Below are positions 39,049-48,775 of a stretch of 64,000 bases of DNA, piece by piece. The position numbers and the translations under genes are program-made. The notes under the pieces are model-generated. The model was given only the letters and a program-made list of their open reading frames with translations, searched no databases and had not been told where the DNA came from. Every line of letters starts with the position of its first letter. Positions within the stretch are counted from its first letter, which is position 1. The stretch spans positions 5,217 to 69,216 of the forward strand of contig JAUNKN010000006.1 in assembly GCA_030532685.1 (NCBI GenBank). The letters run 5' to 3'. This stretch comes from Bacteroidales bacterium (GTDB taxonomy: Bacteria > Bacteroidota > Bacteroidia > Bacteroidales > Bacteroidaceae).

Positions 39049-40644
39049 ATGAAATCAGCACTTCTTACCCTCACACTTTTGGCAACTCCCTGCTGGGCCC
39101 AAACTCAATCCCAGGAGATTGTCACAGTTGCCGTGCTCTCCATCAACGACTTTCACGCTCGCCTCTTGCCCGAACCTCACCTCAATGTGCCAGGCGCACC
39201 TGCCTTGGTCGAAACGCTCGACAGCCTCAAGCGCGTCTATCCCTATCACATCACCGTTTCGGCGGGCGACAATTTTGGAGGTTGTTTTTTCTACAATGCC
39301 ACTCGCACCTCTTCCCTCCTGCCACAAGCCTACAAGGACATGGGCATCAATATCAGCGCCGTTGGCAACCACGAGTTTGACGAAGGGCAAGCTGCGCTGG
39401 CCGACAAGTGGAACAAGACCTATGCTAAACCCGGCGATTGGGACATTCAATATGTTACCGCCAACGTACGTAATCGCAGCAATCAAGTCCCCGAGTTTGC
39501 ACAACCCTTCATCGTGCGTAGTATCCCTTTGAGCAAGGACAAGAGCATCGACGTAGGCTTTGTTGGCCTCACCACCGCCGCAACCCCTTGGCAAGCAAGC
39601 ATCAAGCGTCTTGAAGGGCTCAGCTTCAGCCCGAACTACCGCTCCACGCTCGATTCCGTTGCGACACTCCCTGGCTATGAGCGCTTTGCCAAAGCACCTA
39701 TACGCGTACTGCTCACCCACATCGGCACCGACATGAAGGATGGGCACCCCGTTTGGGACGACCCTGCCGCCACCGATTTGGCCCAACTCGACCGCAAAGA
39801 TATCGACGCCGTACTCTCGGCCCACTCCCACACCATGGTCGTAGGCATGAGTCCGAGTCGCCGTAGCATTCCCATCACACAGAGCCTCTGTTATGGACGT
39901 TACGTTTCGGTCTTAAAGTGCGAAATAGAAGCAGCTACGGGACGCCTACTCAAGATTACCCCCGAACTTGTTCGCGTCAATCCCAACATTCGTCTTTCCT
40001 ACAAAGCAGCGCGCCTCAAAGCCCAGCTCGACGAACAGCTACACACGAGCTTCTTTCGCGGTAAACCTTTGAGCCAAGTGCTCACGCATTGCGCGAAAGA
40101 TATCGTCAACAACCGCAAACTCAACAAATACCAAACTCGCATGGGTAGCCTCGTGACCGAAAGCTACGCCACAGCCTATCGCAAAGCCCAAGGCCTTGCA
40201 GACGATGCCTTGGTCGTTGGAGTGAGCCACTTCGGGAGCATCCGAGCAGGTTTGCCCGCTGGCGAAGTGACGGTGCTCAAAGTGGGCGAAGCCCTGCCCT
40301 TTGCCAATCCGCTGCGTGCTTACCGCTACACAGGGCAACAGCTCCTTGCACTCATGGAACACGGCATCAATGTGTGCAAGCTGGGGCGTATCCAAACTTC
40401 TGGTGTTCAGGCTTTCCAAGACAAGTCGGGCAAGGTGCGTCGCCTCAGTTTAACCCTTCCCAACGGCAAGATTGTGCCCATCACCGCTAAAACCAAACTC
40501 GTCGTCGTGGCCGATGAATACATGACAACAGGAGGCGATGGTTATTTGCCCGAACAGTTTCCCAAGACACAGGAAATCAAGGTTGCTCTTCCCACCTCGA
40601 CCGATGCCTTCTTGGCCTATCTTCCCACCCTATCCAGCATCTAA
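39049..40644 (+). CDS. Exported bifunctional metallophosphatase/5'-nucleotidase
   Basis: Start at ATG 39049 (signal peptide); NDFH, GD, GNHEFD, LTH, AHSH; C-domain SIRAGL, PFAN, GGDGY. Confidence 0.92.
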   Translation: MKSALLTLTLLATPCWAQTQSQEIVTVAVLSINDFHARLLPEPHLNVPGAPALVETLDSLKRVYPYHITVSAGDNFGGCFFYNATRTSSLLPQAYKDMGINISAVGNHEFDEGQAALADKWNKTYAKPGDWDIQYVTANVRNRSNQVPEFAQPFIVRSIPLSKDKSIDVGFVGLTTAATPWQASIKRLEGLSFSPNYRSTLDSVATLPGYERFAKAPIRVLLTHIGTDMKDGHPVWDDPAATDLAQLDRKDIDAVLSAHSHTMVVGMSPSRRSIPITQSLCYGRYVSVLKCEIEAATGRLLKITPELVRVNPNIRLSYKAARLKAQLDEQLHTSFFRGKPLSQVLTHCAKDIVNNRKLNKYQTRMGSLVTESYATAYRKAQGLADDALVVGVSHFGSIRAGLPAGEVTVLKVGEALPFANPLRAYRYTGQQLLALMEHGINVCKLGRIQTSGVQAFQDKSGKVRRLSLTLPNGKIVPITAKTKLVVVADEYMTTGGDGYLPEQFPKTQEIKVALPTSTDAFLAYLPTLSSI

Positions 40645-40694
40645 ATAGCAGGCCGTCTGCTCTCTTTCTCAGCGTCCGCTCTCTATCAGTAGCC

Positions 40695-41978
40695 ATGCTC
40701 CTGCGATTTCTCATTATCATTGGTTTCATCTCCCACCTCTTAGCCTCGGCTCAAGAGGTGGGAAAGCAGCCTTTGTCCCTACGAGATAGCTCCAGCTGTG
40801 CCGCCACGACCTACGTGCCCGCACCTACCGATAGCGCCGAACACTCCAAGCGCAGTTATCGCTTCAATGCCTATGGCTTGTTGCCCGAACGGTCCAACGA
40901 AGCGGAACGATGGCGAAACATTCCTCCCGAATGTCGCATCGACTGGAAAAGAAAGCGAGAGCACTTTATCCTCGACTGGTTGAGCGACATCGGTACCTTT
41001 TTCAACACCTTCGACACCACTTACGTCGCACGCAACCGCTACGATTTTATGCTGCGTGCCGACAATATCAACTTTTTTCAGAACATTCGACTGTCAGCAC
41101 GCGACAATACTGGGCGTTCGCAATCTCTACTTTTAGCTCCCGCTCACGCCATAAAGCTCGGTCCCTATGGCGGATGGCGATGGCTCACGTTGGGATGGAC
41201 CTTTGGACTCGTTCCCGACCGCTATGGTAGCCGCACCACCGAATTCAACATCGCTTCCTACAACTCCAAAGTAGGCTTCGACTTGAACTATACGAGAAGT
41301 TCTGGAAACTTTAATCTACTTAGTGCCAATGGTTTCGAGGGGATAGAAAGTGAGCAGCTCAAAGGTCAGCGATTGGCTGCGATGAATGCCTCCCTACTAG
41401 CACTCAATTTCTACTACGTGTTCAACTACCGACACTTCTCTTATCCTGCTGCATTTTCGATGAGTACGGTACAGTTGAAAAGTGCTGGTTCTTGGATGGC
41501 GGGAGTGCGCTACGACAAACAGCGCATCAACTTTGATGCAGCACGTACAGAAAGCCTTCTACAAAGCATCAACCCCGATGCCAAACTCATCGATGCTCTC
41601 CGAGTAACGACGACTCACTACGAGCAAATCGGTTTTTCTTTTGGCTATGCCTACAACTGGGTGCCACGAAAACATCTACTCATCTCGGCCAGCGCCGCTC
41701 CCTCTGTTGGCTATCGCTATGAGGAGGGCGAAACGCTCAACACCGATATTCTTTGGCGCAACATTAAGAATTTCCACATGGATTTCATTTTTCGCCTCGG
41801 GCTTGTATGGACAACGGGGCGCTACTATGCTGGAGGTTCAATCGTGAGCTACTTGTACGACTATCGGATGAACAATTTTCAAATCAACAACAACATCACC
41901 TATCTACGCTTCTATTTGGGCCTCTATTTTAGAAAACAAAAAAAGTTTAGAGGCGAAGGGCGCTTAGGGGCTTGGTAG
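40695..41978 (+). CDS. Outer-membrane beta-barrel, DUF4421-like
   Basis: KLGPYGGWRWL, YYVFNYRHFSYPAA..S..Q.KSAGSW, GYAYNWV. Confidence 0.75.
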   Translation: MLLRFLIIIGFISHLLASAQEVGKQPLSLRDSSSCAATTYVPAPTDSAEHSKRSYRFNAYGLLPERSNEAERWRNIPPECRIDWKRKREHFILDWLSDIGTFFNTFDTTYVARNRYDFMLRADNINFFQNIRLSARDNTGRSQSLLLAPAHAIKLGPYGGWRWLTLGWTFGLVPDRYGSRTTEFNIASYNSKVGFDLNYTRSSGNFNLLSANGFEGIESEQLKGQRLAAMNASLLALNFYYVFNYRHFSYPAAFSMSTVQLKSAGSWMAGVRYDKQRINFDAARTESLLQSINPDAKLIDALRVTTTHYEQIGFSFGYAYNWVPRKHLLISASAAPSVGYRYEEGETLNTDILWRNIKNFHMDFIFRLGLVWTTGRYYAGGSIVSYLYDYRMNNFQINNNITYLRFYLGLYFRKQKKFRGEGRLGAW

Positions 41979-41984
41979 ACATCA

Positions 41985-42046
41985 CGCTTTCATCGAAAAA
42001 GGCAGAAGTACGAACACTGGTACTTCTGCCTTTTTCGATGAAAGCG
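41985..42046. terminator. 27-bp perfect inverted repeat between convergent genes
   Basis: cgctttcatcgaaaaaggcagaagtac-N8-gtacttctgcctttttcgatgaaagcg. Confidence 0.8.
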
Positions 42047-42088
42047 CGTTTTTTGATATTTTCCTTTCTACATCGTCACAGCCGATGC

Positions 42089-42979
42089 TTATCCTTGCCG
42101 AAGTAACACATCGATAGGAGAGCGTTCGACGATACCAATACGGAAACCTTCGGTTTCGGCAGCTCGAGTCAGCTCCTTTTGAAATACTGCTGCAATGCTC
42201 CCCACAAAATGAATGGGAAGCTCAGGGCGAGCATAGGGGCGAATGTTTCTCGAGAAGAAAAGCCCGAATTCATCGAGAAGAAATTGTTGAATCGCTTCGG
42301 CTTCTCTATACTCGGAGAGAAAATGAGAGAATTGCGCCATATATCGATTGGGAGCAGGCTCTCTATATACCTTCTGAATGATCGCTGCTACATCAATCTG
42401 ATATTTGTCGATGAATGCGGCACAAATCGTTGAGGGCAAGACTCCTTTCAACACGTCGGCCAACAGATGTTTGCCCAAAGAAGCTCCGCTTCCCTCGTCG
42501 CCCAAGATAAAACCAAGGCTGGGAGTTTGCTGCACAAATCGCTGACCATCATAGAGTCCACTCCCTGAGCCTGTACCTAAGATACAGACAATTCCTTCTT
42601 CGCAACCACAAAGTGCATGGGCCGCTCCCAACAAATCGGAAGCCACCGTAGCACGAGCTGCACACAGCGTTTGGCACAACAATGCCGACATTCTCTGCTC
42701 CTGTTCTGGACGACAGCCTGCTCCATAAAACGCGATTTCATCGACAAGAGGTTTCAAGCATTTTTGTGCCTTTTCATCGTTCTTCAGCTGCGTTTCTGCC
42801 ACATTCAAGGTCGCGAGCAAAACGGGGAAGACTTCTCCAACAAGGAGCTTCGTGAGCAGCTCATCATTCATCAAACTGGGATTCATTCCTGGCGTTTGAA
42901 AGCGGTGGAGCGCTGAACGTTCAGACACCAATAGCCAGTCGGTCTTGGTAGAGCCACTATCGGCAATCAATTTTATCAT
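42089..42979 (-). CDS. BadF/BadG/BcrA/BcrD-type N-acetylhexosamine kinase-like ATPase
   Basis: Start at ATG 42979; IADSGSTKTDW, FYGAGC, ILGTGS, LGDEGSG, FVGSIA. Confidence 0.88.
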   Translation of the reverse strand: MIKLIADSGSTKTDWLLVSERSALHRFQTPGMNPSLMNDELLTKLLVGEVFPVLLATLNVAETQLKNDEKAQKCLKPLVDEIAFYGAGCRPEQEQRMSALLCQTLCAARATVASDLLGAAHALCGCEEGIVCILGTGSGSGLYDGQRFVQQTPSLGFILGDEGSGASLGKHLLADVLKGVLPSTICAAFIDKYQIDVAAIIQKVYREPAPNRYMAQFSHFLSEYREAEAIQQFLLDEFGLFFSRNIRPYARPELPIHFVGSIAAVFQKELTRAAETEGFRIGIVERSPIDVLLRQG

Positions 42980-43150
42980 ACAAAAGAAGAGTATTTTATG
43001 CGGCACAAAAGTACAAATAATCCCACAAAGCCGTCGAAGAATGCAAGAAAAATAGTACCTTTGCTCCAAGTTGCGGTCATAGAAAATAGAGTTTTCTATC
43101 CCTATCTCCAAGGCCCTTCCTTTTTTCTATCTTCTTGATATTTTTGTACC

Positions 43151-44455
43151 ATGCGTTTGTTTTTCCTTTGGACTTTCCTTTTTGCTACAATTGCGGGATT
43201 TGCACAAGCACAATTTGAACGCGATTTCTCCAATGCGACTCTCCGAGTGGACTATACGTTTTCGGGCGATGCTCATAGCCAAGACATCGCTCTTGATGAA
43301 CTGCGCAAAAGCGAAGGTTGGGCGGGGCGTCGTGTGAATTTGGATACCCTCATTTTGAAAGGCAATGGGCAAATCAGCATGAGCAGTGTAAAGGACGGAC
43401 GCATCATCTATAAGACCTCGTTCAGCACGCTATTTCAAGAATGGCAAACGACAGAAGAAGCCCAATCTACTCGACGCTCTTTTCAAAACGTATTTCAGCT
43501 ACCGATGCCGCGCGAAGATGCCGACATCACTGTGACTCTCTTCGATACCTACCACAAAGCGACAGGAAGCTTCACTCACCGCGTACGAGTCCAAGACATT
43601 CTTATTCGTCCTATTTCCACGCGTCAGCCAGCTCCCCACCGCTATCTACACAAAGGCGGAAGTCCTGAAAAAGCGATAGATATTGCAATCGTTGCAGAAG
43701 GCTACACCGCTGCAGAGCAAGCTCTGTTTTACAAGGATGCTCAGATTGCCGCCGACGAACTACTGCGTTATTCGCCTTTTTCCAACTATCGCGAACGCAT
43801 CAATATCGTAGGTGTGGCGCTCCCCAGCCAAGAAAGCGGAGTGAGCATCCCGGGCAAGAATATTTGGAAGCATACGGCGGTTTCATCGCATTTCGACACC
43901 TTCTACAGCGATCGCTACCTGACCACTTTACAATTGAAGCAACTCAACGATGCCCTCGCAGGCATCGACTATGAGCACATTATAATTCTTGCCAATACCG
44001 AAAATTATGGAGGAGGTGGGATCTACAATAGCTACACTTTGGCAGCCGCTCATCATCCAGCCTTTAAGCCTGTGGTCGTGCATGAATTTGGACATTCTTT
44101 TGCTGGTTTGGCCGACGAATACTTCTACCCAGAACAAGAAATGGACTTCTACCATAGCGGAGTAGAGCCTTGGGAGCAAAATATCACAACCCTCGCTCAT
44201 TTTTCTGAAAAATGGGAAGATATGCTTCCTGCTAATACGCCCGTCCCAACACCTTCCGAAGGATTAGCTCCAACCGATACGCAACAGATTGGTGTGTACG
44301 AAGGAGCTGGCTACAAAGGCAAAGGCGTGTATCGCCCATTCCAAGATTGTCGAATGCGCACCAATGAAACACCCAACTTTTGCAAAGTGTGCCATCGTGC
44401 CATAGACCGCCTTATTCGTTACTACACCGAAGCATTACCACAAAGTCGCAAATAA
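43151..44455 (+). CDS. M64 family metallopeptidase
   Basis: Signal peptide; AEGYT, YGGGG, HEFGHSFAGLADEY, YRP...CRMR...FCKVC; TACCTTTG at 43056-43063 upstream. Confidence 0.92.
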   Translation: MRLFFLWTFLFATIAGFAQAQFERDFSNATLRVDYTFSGDAHSQDIALDELRKSEGWAGRRVNLDTLILKGNGQISMSSVKDGRIIYKTSFSTLFQEWQTTEEAQSTRRSFQNVFQLPMPREDADITVTLFDTYHKATGSFTHRVRVQDILIRPISTRQPAPHRYLHKGGSPEKAIDIAIVAEGYTAAEQALFYKDAQIAADELLRYSPFSNYRERINIVGVALPSQESGVSIPGKNIWKHTAVSSHFDTFYSDRYLTTLQLKQLNDALAGIDYEHIIILANTENYGGGGIYNSYTLAAAHHPAFKPVVVHEFGHSFAGLADEYFYPEQEMDFYHSGVEPWEQNITTLAHFSEKWEDMLPANTPVPTPSEGLAPTDTQQIGVYEGAGYKGKGVYRPFQDCRMRTNETPNFCKVCHRAIDRLIRYYTEALPQSRK

Positions 44456-44460
44456 ACCTG

Positions 44461-47085
44461 ATGGCCAAACAAACTACTTCTAAGCGCAAAGGCGCAACCT
44501 CCTCCAAACGCGGTGCCTCCACCGCAGCCTCTTCCCATCGCCAGCAGCTACAAGCCGAACTTCGCAATGTTGCAGGAGTGAGTTCGCGACGAGATTATTT
44601 TCGTTTTTCGGCAGCTATGCTCATCCTTGTGGTGGCCTTGTTTCTCCTCATTGCCATGGTATCCAACCTCTTCACTGGAGGCGAAGACCAATCAGCAGTT
44701 ATGGATGGAAGCATCAGCGTAGCCAAAAACTATGGAGGAATCTTGGGTGCCTACGCCGCTTTCTATTTGATGCACCAGCTGTTTGGAGTACTCTCTCTCC
44801 TTATCCCAATCTTTTTGTTGGCTCTTGTCATCAAGTTAATGCTCAAAGAAGCCAGCCCTATCCGATTGTGGAAACTCTTCATCCATCTCGCGATTATCAT
44901 CGTTGTAGGTAGCGTTTGCGCCAATTACATTCAGGAGCATTTAACTCCCGAGAGCTGGCAACAAAACCTGACCTTTGAATTGGGGGGAATGCACGGCAAA
45001 ACGATATTGGCCTTGATGAGCAATTATGTAGGTTCTGTGGTAACTGGCCTTATCCTCTTTCTCCTCGCCCTATCCTACATCGGCTACTGGTTCACACAAG
45101 TTTTCATTTGGGTATTCAAGGGTTTTCATAAAACAGTGAGCTTCCTTTTCCCCAATCGCTCTGCCGAAGAAGACGACTTTGAAGAGACGATTCCCACGGA
45201 CATCGAGGAGGAAGAAGAAGAGAAGAGCGAAGAAGAAAGTGAGAATTTCGGAACCTCCTCTCCCTCTGATGATGAAGAAGAAGCAGTACTCGCCGAAGCC
45301 GCCCCCCTTTCCCCCTCTACTGAGTACGAGCCATCAGCTCCTACCATTGAATTTTCTGTCGCAGAATCAGATATTGCTCACCCCTCAGCTCCCTCTGACG
45401 AAGCACCTTTATCCACTCAAGAGGCGCTTCCTATCGATAACACTGCTACCTCCCCCACTCCAGAAACGCAGACTACCGAAGAGTTTAAGCTCTCTCTTGT
45501 CGATGGAGTCGATGAGCAAAGCGCCAATGCCAACACCGTCGAAGATAAAGCTTTCTTGGCCCCCTACGACCCCAAGCTCGATTTGAGCCGCTACCAATAT
45601 CCGCCGCTGTCTCTGCTCGAAAAGCACGATGCAAGCAACACGCAGGTAGACATGGCCGAACAAAACGCCAACAAAGAGCGCATCATCACCGTACTCAACA
45701 ATTTCGATGTAAAAATTACGGCAATCTCTGCCACTATCGGCCCGACCGTAACTCTCTACGAAATCACCCCCGCTCCAGGAGTACGCATCGCCAAGATACG
45801 TAATTTGGAGGACGACATCGCTCTTTCTCTCTCGGCCTTGGGCATCCGCATCATTGCTCCTATCCCCGGGAAAGGAACAATAGGTATTGAGGTGCCCAAT
45901 CGCAAGCCCCAAATCGTTTCGATGGAAAGCATTATCAACACGCAAAAATTCCAAGAAACGAAGTTCGAGCTCCCCATAGCCTTGGGTAAGACGATTACCA
46001 ACGAAGTGTTCATGGTAGACCTTGCCAAAATGCCTCACTTGCTGGTAGCCGGAGCTACGGGACAAGGTAAATCGGTTGGTCTGAATGCACTAATCACTTC
46101 CTTGCTCTATAAGAAACATCCCGCCGAACTAAAGCTGGTGATGGTAGACCCCAAGAAAGTGGAATTTTCGATGTACACGCCGCTCATCAAGCACTTTCTT
46201 GCTCAAGTTCCCGATAGCGACGAACCTGTAATTACGGACATCAAAAAAGTCGTACAGACGCTCAAAAGTCTCTGTCAAGAGATGGACGACCGCTACGACC
46301 TTCTGAAGCGCGCGCGCTGTAAGAATATCAAGGAATACAACGCCAAGTTTATCGCTCGCCACCTCAATCCCAACGACGGTCACCGCTTTTTGCCCTATAT
46401 TGTAGTGATTATCGACGAGTTTGGCGACTTGATTATGACCGCAGGCAAGGACATCGAGCTCCCCATTGCCCGCATCGCTCAGTTGGCACGCGCCGTCGGT
46501 ATGCACATGGTCATTGCCACACAATCGCCTCGTACCACCATCATTACCGGTAAGATTAAAGCCAACTTCCCTGGTCGCGTGGCTTTCAAAGTGACCAACC
46601 GCATTGAGTCGATGACCATTCTCGATCGCACGGGTGCCAACAACCTCATCGGGCGGGGCGACATGCTTTTCTTGCATGGAAGCGAGACGACTCGCGTTCA
46701 ATGCGCCTTTGTCGATACTCCCGAGGTCGAAGCCATCACACGCTATATCGAGGAGCAACAAGGCTATCTCACCCCTTACGAACTCCCCCTCGTTGCGGAA
46801 GAAGGCTCCGACAGTAGTGGCGAAGGGTTCGGAACTAGCGATGGTAGTACTTTCGAGGCAGTGGCTCGCTTTGTCGTTAATACTCAACAAGGCTCTACTT
46901 CTAAAATACAGCGCACCTTCTCCATCGGTTTCAACCGCGCAGGTCGTCTCATGGACCAACTCGAAGAAGCTGGAATCGTAGGCCCTGTGAATGGCTCGAA
47001 GCCTCGTGAAGTATATGTGCAGAGTGAAATAGAATTGCAACAAATCCTCGAACAACTGAAAGCCACAGGCAAATCATTCGACTAA
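44461..47085 (+). CDS. ftsK: DNA translocase FtsK
   Basis: Start at ATG 44461; N-terminal TM domain, acidic linker, GATGQGKS, DPKKVE, IIDEFGDL, GRGDML, winged-helix gamma domain. Confidence 0.96.
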   Translation: MAKQTTSKRKGATSSKRGASTAASSHRQQLQAELRNVAGVSSRRDYFRFSAAMLILVVALFLLIAMVSNLFTGGEDQSAVMDGSISVAKNYGGILGAYAAFYLMHQLFGVLSLLIPIFLLALVIKLMLKEASPIRLWKLFIHLAIIIVVGSVCANYIQEHLTPESWQQNLTFELGGMHGKTILALMSNYVGSVVTGLILFLLALSYIGYWFTQVFIWVFKGFHKTVSFLFPNRSAEEDDFEETIPTDIEEEEEEKSEEESENFGTSSPSDDEEEAVLAEAAPLSPSTEYEPSAPTIEFSVAESDIAHPSAPSDEAPLSTQEALPIDNTATSPTPETQTTEEFKLSLVDGVDEQSANANTVEDKAFLAPYDPKLDLSRYQYPPLSLLEKHDASNTQVDMAEQNANKERIITVLNNFDVKITAISATIGPTVTLYEITPAPGVRIAKIRNLEDDIALSLSALGIRIIAPIPGKGTIGIEVPNRKPQIVSMESIINTQKFQETKFELPIALGKTITNEVFMVDLAKMPHLLVAGATGQGKSVGLNALITSLLYKKHPAELKLVMVDPKKVEFSMYTPLIKHFLAQVPDSDEPVITDIKKVVQTLKSLCQEMDDRYDLLKRARCKNIKEYNAKFIARHLNPNDGHRFLPYIVVIIDEFGDLIMTAGKDIELPIARIAQLARAVGMHMVIATQSPRTTIITGKIKANFPGRVAFKVTNRIESMTILDRTGANNLIGRGDMLFLHGSETTRVQCAFVDTPEVEAITRYIEEQQGYLTPYELPLVAEEGSDSSGEGFGTSDGSTFEAVARFVVNTQQGSTSKIQRTFSIGFNRAGRLMDQLEEAGIVGPVNGSKPREVYVQSEIELQQILEQLKATGKSFD

Positions 47086-47097
47086 AAACCCCTCATT

Positions 47098-47697
47098 ATG
47101 AATCGTATTTTCTCTCTCTTTCTCGCCACGCTTCTCTCCCTGAGTGCTGTAGCTCAAAATGCCCGTAAGGTCTTGGACCAAACAGCTTCCCGTTTAAGCA
47201 AAGGCTCTGTAACGATACAATTCAGCGCTTCGGGGGCTTTGGGGAGCTCTTCAGGTACAATTACGACTCAAGGCAGTAAGTTTGTACTCCAATCTCCACA
47301 AGCCCACATCTGGTTTGACGGAAAAACAGAATGGGCACAAGCTAAAAACTCAAACGAGGTCAATGTCACCACGCCCACAAGCCAAGAAATAGCAAAGATG
47401 AATCCCATCAACTTTCTGAACCTCTACAAGCGCGGCTACAACGCGACGCTCACCGATAAGGGCAAAGTTCACGAAGTACGCTTGTCGGCTACCCAACCTA
47501 AATCCAGCATTCAAGAGATGCAAATCAGCATCGACAAGACAACACAACTCCCCACCAGCATACGCTTACGCACGGGGCACAATCAGTGGAGCACAGTTGT
47601 CCTGCACAAGGTGCAGCAAGGTGGCAAGAAACACGATAATTTCTTTCGCTTCAATCCCAAAGATCATCCCAAACTCGAAATCGTAGATTTACGATAA
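47098..47697 (+). CDS. LolA-like lipoprotein carrier
   Basis: Signal peptide; WFDGKT.W...NEVN..P, F.F.P; conserved position downstream of ftsK. Confidence 0.82.
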   Translation: MNRIFSLFLATLLSLSAVAQNARKVLDQTASRLSKGSVTIQFSASGALGSSSGTITTQGSKFVLQSPQAHIWFDGKTEWAQAKNSNEVNVTTPTSQEIAKMNPINFLNLYKRGYNATLTDKGKVHEVRLSATQPKSSIQEMQISIDKTTQLPTSIRLRTGHNQWSTVVLHKVQQGGKKHDNFFRFNPKDHPKLEIVDLR

Positions 47698-47726
47698 CTC
47701 CCACAACTCTCGAATTCATCAAAACA

Positions 47727-48665
47727 ATGGAACTACTTCGCACTCTCATTCTCGGTAGTGGCCCTGCGGGCTACACTGCCGCCATTTATGCAGGTCGCTC
47801 TGGTATCACTCCCGTCATTTACGAAGGCATCCAACCCGGAGGCCAACTCACCCAGACCACAGACGTGGACAACTTCCCTGGCTATCCTGAAGGTGTCGAT
47901 GGCAACGCCTTAATGGACGATTTGCGTCGCCAAGCAGAGCGCTTTGGCACCGAAATTCGCCAAAGCATCTGCACCAAGGCCGATCTCTCACAGCGTCCCT
48001 TCACACTGACTTTCGACGATGGTTCTCAGGTACAAACACAAACACTGATTATCGCGACAGGAGCCAGTGCCAAGTATCTCGGACTGCCCGACGAAGAGAA
48101 ATATCGTGGTCAGGGAGTAAGCGCTTGCGCCACCTGCGATGGTTTCTTCTATCGCAAAAAGACCGTGGCCGTCGTTGGTGGCGGCGACACTGCGTGCGAG
48201 GAAGCGACCTACTTGGCTGGATTGGCCGAGAAGGTATATCTCATCGTGCGTAAGCCTTATCTGCGGGCTTCACAAGCCATGCAAGATCGCGTGTTTGAAA
48301 ATCCCAAAATCGAAGTTCTCTTCGAGTGCAACACGCTCGGACTCTTTGGCGAAGATGGCGTACAAGGCGCACACCTCGTGCGTCGTAAGGGCGAAGCCGA
48401 CGAAGAAAAGTTCGACATAGCCATCGATGGTTTCTTCCTCGCCATTGGTCACAACCCCAACAGCGAAATCTTCCGCGAATGGCTCGAAGTAGACGAAACG
48501 GGCTATATCAAAACCGAAGGTAGCACACCTCGTACGAATGTCGAGGGCGTCTTTGCAGCAGGCGACGTCGCCGACCCTCTCTACCGTCAAGCCATCACCG
48601 CCGCCGCCAGTGGCTGTAAGGCTGCCATTGAGGTAAAGCAATTTCTCGACGAGCACAAACTCTAA
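47727..48665 (+). CDS. trxB: Thioredoxin reductase
   Basis: GSGPAGYTAA, CATCDG, GGGDTA, FAAGDV, QAITAA. Confidence 0.97.
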   Translation: MELLRTLILGSGPAGYTAAIYAGRSGITPVIYEGIQPGGQLTQTTDVDNFPGYPEGVDGNALMDDLRRQAERFGTEIRQSICTKADLSQRPFTLTFDDGSQVQTQTLIIATGASAKYLGLPDEEKYRGQGVSACATCDGFFYRKKTVAVVGGGDTACEEATYLAGLAEKVYLIVRKPYLRASQAMQDRVFENPKIEVLFECNTLGLFGEDGVQGAHLVRRKGEADEEKFDIAIDGFFLAIGHNPNSEIFREWLEVDETGYIKTEGSTPRTNVEGVFAAGDVADPLYRQAITAAASGCKAAIEVKQFLDEHKL

Positions 48666-48724
48666 GCAGACTTAACCGCGGCGAGCCTACTGCAATTTAC
48701 AGCTCGCTCGCCTGATTTTCCAAC

Positions 48725-48766
48725 AAGAAAGCCGTGTCAAAACACTTGTTTTGACACGGCTTTCTT
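48725..48766. terminator. 20-bp inverted repeat between convergent trxB and the HD gene
   Basis: aagaaagccgtgtcaaaaca-ct-tgttttgacacggctttctt. Confidence 0.78.
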
Positions 48767-48775
48767 TGTGACAAC

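Noticed and set aside
43104-43115. atctccaaggcc identical to one arm of the ferritin terminator palindrome
   Set aside because: A single 12-bp match with no second arm; compatible with chance.
45160-45560. Acidic low-complexity stretch in ftsK
   Set aside because: Normal variable FtsK linker.
46129-47055. Long antisense ORFs (also 9561-10400, 11007-11915, 17089-17814, 61217-62080)
   Set aside because: Shadow frames of well-supported genes, with no recognisable motifs.
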